From Octopus sinensis (Eukaryota), in NCBI RefSeq assembly GCF_006345805.1, contig NC_043001.1:30504001-30568000 (forward strand): a DNA stretch of 64,000 nt, written 5' to 3'. The position numbers were made by a program, and so were the translations under genes. The notes beneath the pieces are model-generated. The model saw only the letters and a program-made list of their open reading frames with translations. It was not told the origin of the DNA and made no database searches. Shown piece by piece: positions 1-10,635 of the stretch. The stretch's first letter is position 1, and each line of letters starts with the position of its first letter.

Positions 1-221
1 GCATGGCACCTTGAACAAGTGTCTTCTATTATAGCCCCAGGCTGACTAAAGCTTTGAGTGGGTTTAGTAGACGGAAACTGAAAGAAATGTTATATATATA
101 TATTAATAATATAAGGGTAAATAATTATTAATTTTAAAATTAACAATTATTACCGAGTAGTTTCGGCATGGAAATATAACCATTATCGGTAGGAACTTTT
201 ACAAAAAGTTCTTTATATATA

Positions 222-600
222 TCATCATCATCATCGTTTAGCGTCCGCTTTCCATGCTAGCATGGGTTGGATGGTTCAACTGGGGTCTGGGAAGCCAGAA
301 GGCTGCACCAGGCCCAGTCTGATCTGGCAACGTTTCTACGGCAGGATGCCCTTCCTAGTGGGTGCTTTTTATGTGCCAGACGAGGCTGGCAAACGGCCAC
401 GATCGGATGGTGCTTTTTACATGCCACCGGCACGGAGGCCAGGCGAGGCTGGCAATGGCCACGATCGGATGGTGCTTTTTATGTGCCACTGGCACAGAGG
501 CCAGTCAGGGTGGTGCTGGCAACAGCCACGTTTGGATGGTTCTCTTATGTGCCACAGGCACTGGTGTCACAGCTACAATTTCCATTGATGTTGATCGATT
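222..600 (-). mobile_element. SINE family A: RTE-like (ATG)n tail with an internal array of ~60-bp modules
   Basis: Starts catcatcatcgtttagcgtccgctttccatgctagcatggg (reverse of the tail), followed by repeated gtgcca...ggtgctttt modules. About 20 relatives occur in the window, e.g. 11960-12200, 16163-16430, 19000-19535, 20875-21260, 26160-26600, 27410-27800, 28890-29560, 30235-30590, 36430-36782, 41640-41950, 47340-47680, 56190-56420. Confidence 0.8.
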
Positions 601-869
601 TCGATTTTGATTTTCACTTGCCTCAACAGGTCTTCACAAGTAGAGTTTTGTGTCCCAAGAAGGAAAGGTATGCATATGTGGACTGGCTACATCCCAGGTA
701 GAGGCCACGGGTTATGGTCTCACTTGTCCTGCCGGGTCTTCTCATATATATAGAGATGTATAGGCATGTCAGGAATAGTGTTAGAGAGTTTTGGGAAGCA
801 CAGATTTTCAAAGGGTAGTGTCCTGACAGTTAATCAACCAATGCTTTGACAATTCTGAACATGAAGAAA

Positions 870-3600
870 AATGTTTCTGAAAGTCACAAGTGATGTATTG
901 TTTTTTGATTTAATAAGAACGTCCATGGGTGATAGCGATAATGAATTCAAAAAGGCAGTCAAAGTTATTGGAAATAGGGTGGATAATCTCGTTGGCATAT
1001 ATCAAAGCATTAACATGTTATTGCCCCAAGAAACAAAACAGTCAAGAACAAGATTATGAGAGTTCCAGAATGTCTCTCTGGCAGAACTCCATCAGTTTGA
1101 TGGTACAGCTAATGAGATTGACAGGTGATAGACATTTACCAGTTTTAATCTGGGGGATAACACTGGAAATTTTCCACTGTTCAAGGTAACACAATTATTA
1201 AAGCAGAATTGGAAGAAGAATGAAAGCTGGTGCAACAGAAGGTCACTGCATTTGGAAAGTAGAAAAATAACTCTTTCCAGAACATGGATTGTAGAGAATT
1301 GTGTCAATATTTGAAATGGCATCACGACATTGCAGGAGTAAATTTAACAGATTTTATGGAATTTGGTGTTAGTAGTGTGAAGGTGGTATGTTTGGATTTT
1401 CAAAAGTAAAAATGTTAGCAATTGGCAATAAGCTCAGCACACTCTTTGAAGTTATCAGTAATCTGTGAAGGGATTGTGGAAGGAGCCAATTGGTGGGAAT
1501 GAGGCCTCTGTTTTGATTGCATATACTTCCACAACATTATATTTTCCAGTTTTGTTGCTAAGCACTCTTCAACTTTAAGTACTGTCTTTTTAGTTACCTG
1601 TTTGATATGGCTATTGTGCCTTTCTCTTTTCTCTTTTACTTGTCTGTCATTTGACTGCGGCCATGCTGGAGCACCGCCTTTAATTGAGTAACTCGACCCC
1701 GGGACTTATTCTTTGTAAGTCCAGCCCAGATTGAATTAAAAATGTACTAGAGGATAGTATCAACATCTTTGGAATTGTAAGTTCAAGCCAATTTTGGTGC
1801 TTTAACACAGAACAGTAAGAGTTCCAGTTGAAGTGAGCAGTTTGTGATGGTGGCAGCTTTCCTTTCAGCCAATAAGACACAGATTGCCAATGGACATAGC
1901 ATGACTGGAGATATCTAAATGTTCCTCAGTAGAGATGTTGATAACACTTTCAGGAGCAGTGATAAACAAATAGTAGATCCAAAGTGTTGTTACCTCTTGT
2001 GGGGGAGTGGATTACTTGAGACCAGTGTGAATCCAGCACTAAGTCAAAGAAATTATTTACATTTTGGGGTCAGTGAAAAGTTTCTCAATTAATCTCTGGG
2101 TAGTTGAAATTACCAGCAATGAAAACATAAGTAGCTGTTTTTACTGATGCAGTTTTGAGGATGTCAAAAAGCTGTGTCATAACAGTAGTTTGGGGGTGAA
2201 TTATAAGTGCTTCTATAGTTGTCATAGAAAAATATTTCTTGTTGCAACTAGTTGAAATCATTACAAAGATTTGCTAAAAAGCTCGAGTGAGCATAGACCA
2301 ATCATACCCACCCCACAGAAATTAAAGCAGTCTTTGTAAAACAAGGTGTAGCCAGCCATGTTAAAAACATCAATGCAGAGAAAAGAACATGCTCAGGCTT
2401 CTATATCTATATATATAAAGCTGAAGTTATCTGTGTATGACAGGTTTGGTAGCCTTCAACCAACACTATCTCCTCTCTGAGACCCTGCAGCGCAAGTTGA
2501 CCAAAATTGAGAGTATGATAGACGAAGGCTTGCTCTTCTTTCTGTAGAAGAAAAAAATTCAAATTGGACCATGTTAACACCAAAAATTATTTGCATAAAA
2601 AAAGTGCTTTTTTTTCTATGAAAATCCCTATTTTTTACGATTTTTTGACTGCTGTGTCACCATTTTTCAGTGTATTTCAACCAGGAAAATGTTCACTTAA
2701 AGAGAATAACAAGCTACATAATGCAAAATTTTTACTTTTCAAAAATTCCAATTCTAAAGGGTTGAAACAAACCCGAGCAACACCAGGCGATACTGCTAGT
2801 CTGTAATAAAATCAGGGTCATTACTCTTAACATAGAAGTCAAAAAGGTGGATCTTCTTCAAAAAGTGTAGGCATTTAAAAGCAATAATTTTTATCTGGAT
2901 TTAAGCTTATCATCACTCTTAGTGGGATAACATATTGTTCTGGATCTTTTTCATTGCTGCCTAGTTTTGGTTTGATATCTTCAAACTAGCCAGTATCCCC
3001 AGACTAATATCTACCTATTATTGAGTAAGCTAACACTCACATGCGGTGCTGAATCATGATTCAAGGAAGCTACAATAAGAAGCTTTGGGTGTATATTGGG
3101 TGATAAACCAGGGTGACTTTGATAAGCAATTTGATTTTCACACTTAGCCTTATCGGAGGTTAATCAGTATGACCATGCCTTGATAGAACTTGAAAAGGTC
3201 AGTTTGACTTGTCTGGGTACTGGCGATGAAGGTGGAGAGGGACAAAATTTTTGCAGAGGAACACTGTCAAATTCTTGGACGAGTTGTCGCAAATATCCAT
3301 AGATCAAATATTTCTTCAGATACACCAAAAGCAATTATACCATGCATAGCAGATTCAGTGGCTTTAGCATTGCTTGTGGATTGGACAATAGCTGCAGGTA
3401 GGTTTGCAAGCAAAACATTCTAATATGATTCCCTCATTGTGTAATTCTGTATTAAGTTTAGCTTTAATATCTGTTACTTTGATGCTCAACTCAGAGACAA
3501 ATTGTTGAATTTCCGCAACTTCATAATGACTAGCTAGTTTTAGTTTCACAGTGACGGTTGAGGAAGAGACAGAAACCAGGCACAGAATGGATCAACTTGA
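870..3600 (-). mobile_element. Highly degenerate CR1-type LINE, interrupted by a SINE tail (~1640-1720) and a Helitron (2406-2799)
   Basis: Minus-strand translation gives the APE endonuclease motifs IAGNFNYPEIN*(W) at ~2085-2121 and PTRGNNTLDLLF at ~1967-2003, with many stops and frameshifts. Outer boundaries are approximate and 3200-3600 may be ORF1 remnant. Confidence 0.6.
2406..2799 (+). mobile_element. Non-autonomous Helitron
   Basis: A|TCTATATATATAAA 5' end, subterminal hairpin cccgagcaacaccagg, CTAG|T 3' end at 2796-2800, no TSD. Shares its 3' end with 44459-44841. Confidence 0.8.
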
Positions 3601-4045
3601 TAGTTGAACTATTTCCCAGAACCTATTCATCATAGAATCATTGTTGGGTAGTGGCACGTTGACTAGTTTTGTCGCAGAGTTCACCCATACATGAAGCTGT
3701 GACAACTTTGTCCTGTCTGTCCGTTTTCACAATTCAAAAAGAAAAAGTGCATCTTAATAATAGAAAGCTCGCAAAACAGATTTGCCACGGTAAAGTGTGT
3801 TTTTGAATACTCTCTCCGTGTACACAAACAAATCTGCATACATATATTTAAGAAATACAGTACATATTGGAATTGAGGCAATTTTCTGGAATATATGCAG
3901 TTCACTTGAGTGTAAACAATATGATGTATCAGAGGGAAAACATACTTATCAATGTGTGTACATGCTTGTGAGTGTGTGACGTGCGTATACACACAATTTG
4001 GTGTGCTTGTAATTGTTTAAATAATTTGTAATGTATTCACAATAG

Positions 4046-4090
4046 GGAATCTTTTCGGTTTACAAACTGCCGTTCAAACCGAAACGATCC
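4046..4090. mobile_element. 45-bp fold-back mini-element with 8-bp direct repeat
   Basis: ggaatcttttcggttt / aaaccgaaacgatcc imperfect inverted repeat flanked by cacaatag at 4038-4045 and 4091-4098. Confidence 0.5.
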
Positions 4091-6442
4091 CACAATAGCC
4101 ACTGTACTTGTCGCACGGACGAAGTGAGATTTATTTACGTTTATTTTGACTACATGTGGTTATTACCGTGATTGCTACCCGAGTATTCACACCGATTTGA
4201 AGCTAATCTAAGGTGACCGAAGCGACTTAACAACCGATAGATTTAATAAGCAGAAGCATTTGAGAGTTAAATATGTTTTATACACTCACGATACTAATTC
4301 TGTCTTAATTGGTTACTATGAAGTTGGAATTAGAGGAGAGCTTCTACGTGATAGCAAGACCTGCTAAAAAGAGAAGCCAAATAACCCTCCTTCCGATCAC
4401 ACACTATTGTCTAGGTCTAAATAAAAAAACAGACACTTTGAATATGATTCTTGGTATAATGAATCCGAAAAACAAAAGACGAGATGGTCACGACTGGATT
4501 GTTCTTTGAACTGCTTCATTTGAAGTATACTGAGTACAGTTAAGTTATAAAATGTAACATTAAATTGTATGTATGGGAGTCGAATATGTCAATAGTTGTT
4601 GAGTAGCTCCAGGTTCAAACCTACTGGAGCGGACTGAAGGCGTGACCATCTCATCTTTAGCTTTGTATAGCTAGGACTACATTATCCGGTGTTATTCATT
4701 TTTTAAAGACGATAGTTCGTGACTTGGAGGTTATTTCTTCGAGATCAAACGACTGTACAGAAAAGTTCCCTCTAGTTCGATTAAAACAGTAAAATTGCAT
4801 GGTAAGCAGTTTACATTTATACGTAAACTTTTGAGCGGAGACTGACAAGGAAGTGAAACAAAATAAATAAATTCATCATTAATTTCTTTAGAGTAATTTT
4901 CTATTAAATTCCTGAGAGATTCTTTGATTGGTTGTTCTAAGGAGTGATCACGAAGAGAACTGTAGATGTCAAAAGAATGTTAAACTTAATTTTGGGCCAA
5001 AGCGGTGGTTAAAAGAGAGAAGCTCAAGAATAGTTTGAAATGGTTTAGCATAAATAGAGTAAGAATTTTTTTCGTTTTATTCGATACTGATCGAGCAGTT
5101 GCAGCCATGGTTATCCCTTTTTGGAGAGGCGGATACGTTTATCTAATGTGAAATTTATTTTTATTTTGAAGCCGGATGGTTCTTTGGCTGTTAATTGTAC
5201 TTGTTGACACAGATAGGCAAAGTATTTTGGGGAAAACTTTTAAAAAAAATTATAGCTAAAAAACAAAATTTACAAAGAAAGGAAAACAACCTACAAAACA
5301 AAATGTGTGTCAATAATAAACGTACCAATTAAGTAGATAAAATGTGAAATATCTTTACTGACAGGCAATTTAGTTTTACCAAAAATAGATTATGTAACTC
5401 TTGGTTTACTACTAAGAAACTTAATTCTCAAAATTTAAGTTCCGAGGAAACGAAATATCTTAAATTATTCAGCCTTTTGTGCAGATTGTGAAATCCTGAA
5501 TAAGCTTTCTCAAAAAGCTCACAAGCTCGTTTGTTTTCACAAACCTGATAATGTAATTAGGCAAAATAAATACAGCACCCCATGAACAGCATCACAAATA
5601 TCAGAGAGGGTGTTTTTTTATTTTTTACTTTTTTTTCCAAACCGAAGGGAGTGGAGTATTATTAGATCAAAAGCAGTTAAGAATATAGCAAAATGTTATG
5701 AAACTAATTTAGATTTTCACGAATTAAAAGAATTATTATTCTGACATAGGGAGAAGCCAACATTTGGTGATCTTATAGTTAAGCACATCACTTTCAAACT
5801 TTTGTGAGAAGGGTACTGTCGATGAAATCGACTCCAGTGAATAAGGAATGACAAAGTCGACCAGTGGAATTTGAACTCAGAACGCAAAGGCATGTAAGTA
5901 AATAACACAACTTATTTTGTCCGGTACTCTACCGTTGCTGCTTTCATCACCATCAATTGCTATTGGAGTCGAGTTTTGCCACAAGGCTAGCAAAATAAGG
6001 GGGAGGGAGTAAGTCGATTACATCGACCCCTGTGCTCAACTGGTACTTATTTTATCAACTCCCGTATGGATGGATGAAAGGCAAAGTCGAATACTATTAT
6101 TAATTAATATTAATTGAAGTAAAACTATTCCGGTAGTTATTAGACATAGTGATAACTTTAAACAAATTTGTAAATAAGTTATGTAATTGGCTCCAAATTT
6201 TACTGATAATTTGATATTGCACTCGGTAGAGAGAGAGAGAGATAGTGTGTGTGTGCAATTTCAGTTTCATTATTTTTTTTCAACTCCGCCAAACGGGACA
6301 TAATCAACAATTAGAAACGTGCAACTAATACCGCAGTAATAATAATAATAATAATGATAAATAAAGGAAATTATGAACATAAAACATTACAGTAGTTTTC
6401 ATGAAAAGGAAAAAAAAATTAACCAAGTATAATCAGACTCAC

Positions 6443-6472
6443 AAATCGTCCAGCAACAATCACACCAAACAT
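6443..6472 (-). CDS. HIKESHI: Hikeshi/OPI10 family heat-shock nuclear import carrier, coding exon 1 (remaining exons outside the window)
   Basis: AAG ATG TTT GGT GTG ATT GTT GCT GGA CGA TTT|GTGAGT = MFGVIVAGRF, matching the conserved Hikeshi N-terminus (human MFGCLVAGRL, from recall). Strong phase-0 donor, next to a promoter-like region. Confidence 0.8.
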
Positions 6473-6620
6473 CTTGAGACTGAGTAATTTATAAGTAGAA
6501 CAGAGATGTACGGGTTGGGGTCCAATGCTGAAACTGAAGACACTTCATTAGAAATTGCGCGAATATCGGAAGTAGTAGCACATTATTGGTAGCTACTTCC
6601 GGTAAAGTTGTTTTCATGTA
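6473..6620. promoter_or_regulatory. Putative bidirectional promoter shared by HIKESHI and INTS12
   Basis: Locally CpG-rich. ETS-type CGGAAGT (6567-6573) and ACTTCCGG (6595-6602) in opposite orientations, CCAAT (6522-6526) and ATTGG (6585-6589). The INTS12 first exon and TSS are inferred, not seen. Confidence 0.6.
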
Positions 6621-6814
6621 AACTTCTGGTGAGAGACGGATCGTCTTTGAGAGGCAAAATAAAATTGAAACTGGAATTAAGAGATCTTTGTAAGGATACC
6701 TCTAATTTTATTTGGTCGTTTAAGTTCTTACATGTTCACTGTTGTCTTCTACCATCGCTGTTATTTATTATAAGGCTGATGTTTCTTTGTCATTTGTCTT
6801 GAAAGTGACATGTT

Positions 6815-6972
6815 AAGACCACGCCGAGGTCGAACTTTGCCTTTCATCCTCTCGGGGTCGATAAATTAAGTACCAGTTACGCACTGGGATCGATGTAATC
6901 GACTTAATCCCTTTTGTCTGTCCTTGTTTGTTCCCTCTGTGTTTAGCCCCTTGTGGGTAGTAAAGAAATATA
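6815..6972 (+). mobile_element. SINE family B: tRNA-derived, ~250 bp, central gtcgactttgcctttcatcc domain (this copy is 5'-truncated)
   Basis: Conserved body ending ...gccccttgtgggtagtaaagaaata. Other copies at ~5990-6090, 10683-10905, 13222-13382, 20355-20570, 22135-22345, 22690-22925, 41345-41570, 43540-43797, 45040-45455, 50370-50600. Full copies carry a B-box-like gagttcaaattcc. Confidence 0.85.
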
Positions 6973-7384
6973 CATTTTGATAATGAGATTTTTCAGAAAA
7001 GGACGATGGGTAGTCGTAGCTGAAATGCCTTTGATCAGTATGTTTGCTCAGTCAGGAGTCATCAGGGGCTAAACAATAACAATAACCTTTGCTTTTATAA
7101 ATCTCTTGGTAATTTACTCCAAACTTGACATGTGAGCCAACTCTATATCTTCTATAATTCTATTCACTTCTGAGATGTTTTAGTTTGTATATATTTAAAT
7201 TGGTATAGGAGAGTAATTTGCTTTGTGATTCTATGATAATTTCTTAGATTACAGGTCCCAAATTTACACGAGAAAAGGAATTTGTTCTTTTCAAGTACAA
7301 TTTTAAAACAGAAGTGATAAACAATCGAGAATCTTTCAACACCAGCTCACGGATTCGATTCGTTGTTGTGAAGTTTCTCTTAGT

Positions 7385-8010
7385 TTTAGTTGTTGTTTAG
7401 CCTCAGTTCGACCCTGGTTGAGGAAACCCATGATCGAACATGTTCCTATCTTGTCCATGCTGTCTTTTAAGGGATGTGGGTACTATTTAAGAGTGGTCCC
7501 GGTGCGTATACTCGCGCATCCGCGCTAGCTAGTCGTGACTAGTCGATCCTATAACGACAACCTAGCAAAGTAAATAAAACACAAAATAAATCATTTTTAT
7601 AAATAATACACAAAAACACAAAGTAAGGATCGACTAGTCACGACTAGCTAGCGCGAGTGCGCGCACCGGGACCACTCTTCTTAAATGGTACCGGGACAGG
7701 TAATGTATCTCCCCCATTTTTGTTTGTAGATAATAGGATGTAATTTGAAGCTGATTTGACATCCATTTCAAGCAGGTCGAGCGACACGTAGATACTCCCC
7801 TATTGGCTCTATATTATTTAGTTGTCATCTTGCCCCCGGTCCGTCTTGATCGCTCAAGCCTATTATCAAAGGTGTACCTACTGCGACTGTCCCGTCTAAA
7901 TTGCTTGGTGTGTTGGACTTCATTATCCATTGCTTTCTTTCATTTTTAGGAGAGTAGGGTATAATTTGAAGGAGACACGACTGCCATTTTTAGCAGGTCA
8001 CTTGACTATA
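7385..8010 (-). mobile_element. SINE-like family E with (CAA)n-type tail, two adjacent degenerate copies, the first split by a MITE
   Basis: ttgttgtttagcc...cctatgatc...atttctagcaggtcgagcgacc motif recurs at ~4620-4780, 6990-7085, 11270-11490, 24290-24550, 42945-43160. Confidence 0.55.
7489..7679. mobile_element. MITE with ~60-bp GC-rich terminal inverted repeats (TIR)
   Basis: aagagtggtcccggtgcg...gctagctagtcgtgactagtcgatcct is mirrored by aggatcgactagtcacgactagctagc...cgcaccgggaccactctt around an A-rich spacer. TTAA on both sides but not cleanly abutting. Confidence 0.8.
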
Positions 8011-8034
8011 TTGAAGTTTGTGCAATATTTACTA

Positions 8035-9770
8035 CTAGTGGAGATACCCGACGTTGCTCGGGATTAAAATGGCATAGTTTGTACACACAGACACACACAC
8101 ATATATATATGTGTGTGTGTGCCAGGTATGTTGAAATAGGTGATATGGGAAAGTGCAGCATTGATGACTAAACATTTGTGGAGTAAATGATGGGCTAATT
8201 CAACTAAGTCATGGAAAATGGGGGGTTGGGGGATGTGATTTTTTAATGCACCGAAAAGCTGTCAGTGGATATACTCTCCTTTATGACAGTCAGCACTGCA
8301 TCGAACATGACCCGTCATCTGAAGTTTTGACACCTCTTTCGGGTTTGTTATCCTACATCACTCATAAAGTAAATTTGGAGGAACCGTGGTTGTTCATTTG
8401 TGGGTAACAGGGACTTTGAATGTCGGTATAAATTCATGTTCAATTATCTCCTTAGATACACCAAACAATGTCATTTGAAATGCAGAGTTCTATTGTTTCA
8501 TGTTGCTCAGAAAACTCTCTAACTGAATGAAAGTGCCTTTCAGAAGATCTATAAGAGGTTGAGAAGGAGTTGGTAGTACTGGCAATCCTACCTTACCACC
8601 TGAGCAGTACATGCCATTAGTTTCATTTGGAAATTTTAAAGTTTTGCAGAAATGATAATTTGAGTTTAGCACACCAATTTGGACAAAATTATCATTTTTA
8701 TAAGAATGGGATAGATCATATCTGAAAGCAGCTCCAGGAGTTGTGAAGATCGAATTTGTGCTTAGTCTGTTTCTGAGAGCTATTCTATTGGACTGCTGTC
8801 TAATCATTAGAACGTTTTAATGATTCAGCATTTAGTGCTGCAGCATGCATTTGCTGATCTTGGGAAAGTCTCATCACCTTTCTGTTTTGAGACTCTATCT
8901 GACATGCTGCCGCATGCCTTTGCTGGTCTTGAGAAGGCCTCAATTCACTACTGTCTTGAGACTCCATTTGATGTGCTGCAGCATGCATTTGCTGATCTTG
9001 AGAAAGTCTCATCTCCTTTCTCTCTTGAGACTCTCGCCTTTGGTTTTCTACAATCCTCCTTATTTTATACTTATTTCTGGAGAAATTACATTGTTTCTTA
9101 GGTGGCGTATTTGCTTCAATATTGTAAGTAAAAAATTATGAGCATAGAAATTATACAGTTATCTCTATTATTGTAAGCAGTTGTATGTATGCAGTATGTC
9201 TTTATTTTTGTATGCAGTATAAGTTAACCAAATCTAAGCAAATTAACCAAATAGAAGCACATTTAATTTAATTTAATGGTAAATTTGTAACTGTTGCAAA
9301 AATTATTAATTGGTAATTGAATGGTAAATGTATGTTTTTATATACCTTGGACTTGCCACCTTGTCGTTTTTTGTCAAGAGTTTCACCTCCAACCATTTGC
9401 TATGTCAGTCAACACACATGCACTGACAAACCATTCCACTGTCATGGCCTTAAAGTTACTGATGTATAATGTTGTTGACATTAGGATATGATAAGAATTA
9501 AAAGTGGAATAACATTATTTGACAGGATATAATTAGAATTAAAAGTGAAACAATATTATATCACATTACAATATAGATGTTATTCTTTCACTTTTGACAT
9601 GTAAAACCAAACTAGTGCCAATGCTGTATTGTTTCAATTGAAATGTAAAAAAAAAATTACATGTTGACATTCACGGGGTCTGATACTATTACCATTTAAA
9701 TTTGATTTGATTTGGTTGAACTGTTTGAGAATGCATTGGGAACAGACAGACAAATGATTTTATATATATG
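8035..9770 (-). mobile_element. Internally deleted Helitron with an N-terminal RepHel fragment
   Basis: 3' CTAG|T at 8035 with hairpin cccgacgttgctcggg. ORF 8490-8807 (AAFRYD...IG...HFCKTLKFPNETNGMYCSGGKVGLP...PL..LL.G...FL) followed by NSAFQMT resembles the Helitron Rep N-terminal Zn region. Tandem RLSQDQQ.HAA repeats at 8800-9040. TATATATAAAAT-type 5' end near 9770. Confidence 0.75.
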
Positions 9771-9775
9771 CATAT

Positions 9776-9819
<44 letters not shown>

Positions 9820-10000
9820 TACGGAGATGTACTTGCATAGCGAGTGACTTGATCTAAGATCGTGTGCTGGAATGAAAACAATTGCAGTTTGGAAGGTGTT
9901 TATAAGCCATTTAAGAATCACACAAAACCGTTAGATTCACTTCAACATTTAAATTTAATTTGTCAAAATATTTTCGTCGCTTTGAGACCGCGACCTAGCT
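9820..10000 (-). mobile_element. Short repeat between (CA)n and (TA)n tracts carrying the 3' half of a minimal hammerhead
   Basis: Minus strand 9995-9961: gtcgc-ggtctcaaa-gcgac (stem II), GAAA, palindromic AATATT (stem III), T. The CUGANGA half is absent. Confidence 0.4.
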
Positions 10001-10006
10001 TCGTGC

Positions 10007-10043
<37 letters not shown>

Positions 10044-10289
10044 ATAACCCTCCATTCTGAATTTAAATGCTTCTAGGTTTCATTTTATCTTTGTCAGATG
10101 TCAATAAGTGTTCTAGGTGCATATGGGGTGGAGGATCAATGTAGGAGGGAATTGTTAATCTGTTTTTTCATACATAGTTCTGTTAAACTGTATACTTAAA
10201 TGATTATTGCCTCATGCAGTGTATCTGGGAGTGATTGTTGAGAAATGTTTTATAAAAGATATTGTTATAACGTGTGCGATAATTAAGAA

Positions 10290-10635
10290 ATTTCGTTTGT
10301 GAGTCTTAAAGAACTGGCACTCTGTCAATTACGACGACAAGGATTCCTGTTGATCTGATCAACGGAATATCCTGTTTGAGAAATTAACATGCAAGTGGCT
10401 GAGAACCTCAGACACACATACCCTTCATGTAGTTTTCAGGGAAGTTCAGTGTGACACAATGTAACAAATGTAACAAAGCTGATCCTTTGAAATATAGATG
10501 CAACTCATTTTTGCCAGCTGAGTTGACAAGAGCAACGTGATATAAAATATCTTGCTCAAGAACACAGCATGCTGCCAGTTATCGAACTCCCGACCTTACA
10601 ATCGTGAGCCAAATACCCAACCACTAAACCACATG
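10290..10635 (-). mobile_element. SINE family D (tRNA head, cttgagcaag...cagctggcaaaaatgagt domain)
   Basis: Same domain at 21295-21605. Tail fragment on + at ~11735-11885. Confidence 0.65.

Noticed and set aside
150-200. Hammerhead-like ccgataa-tgg...cca-tgcc-gaaac on the minus strand (related sequence at ~62205-62250)
   Set aside because: Core too divergent and stems inconsistent to support a call without a family consensus.
262-701. Overlapping 80-144 aa ORFs, with similar ones at 16215-16545, 41487-41937 and 47397-47723
   Set aside because: They are translations of multicopy SINE family A sequence, with no coding bias or consistent frame between copies.
1-6442. Further HIKESHI exons
   Set aside because: I found no sequence resembling exon 2 (VQT...INH.VVF..G) on the minus strand, so it probably lies outside the window.
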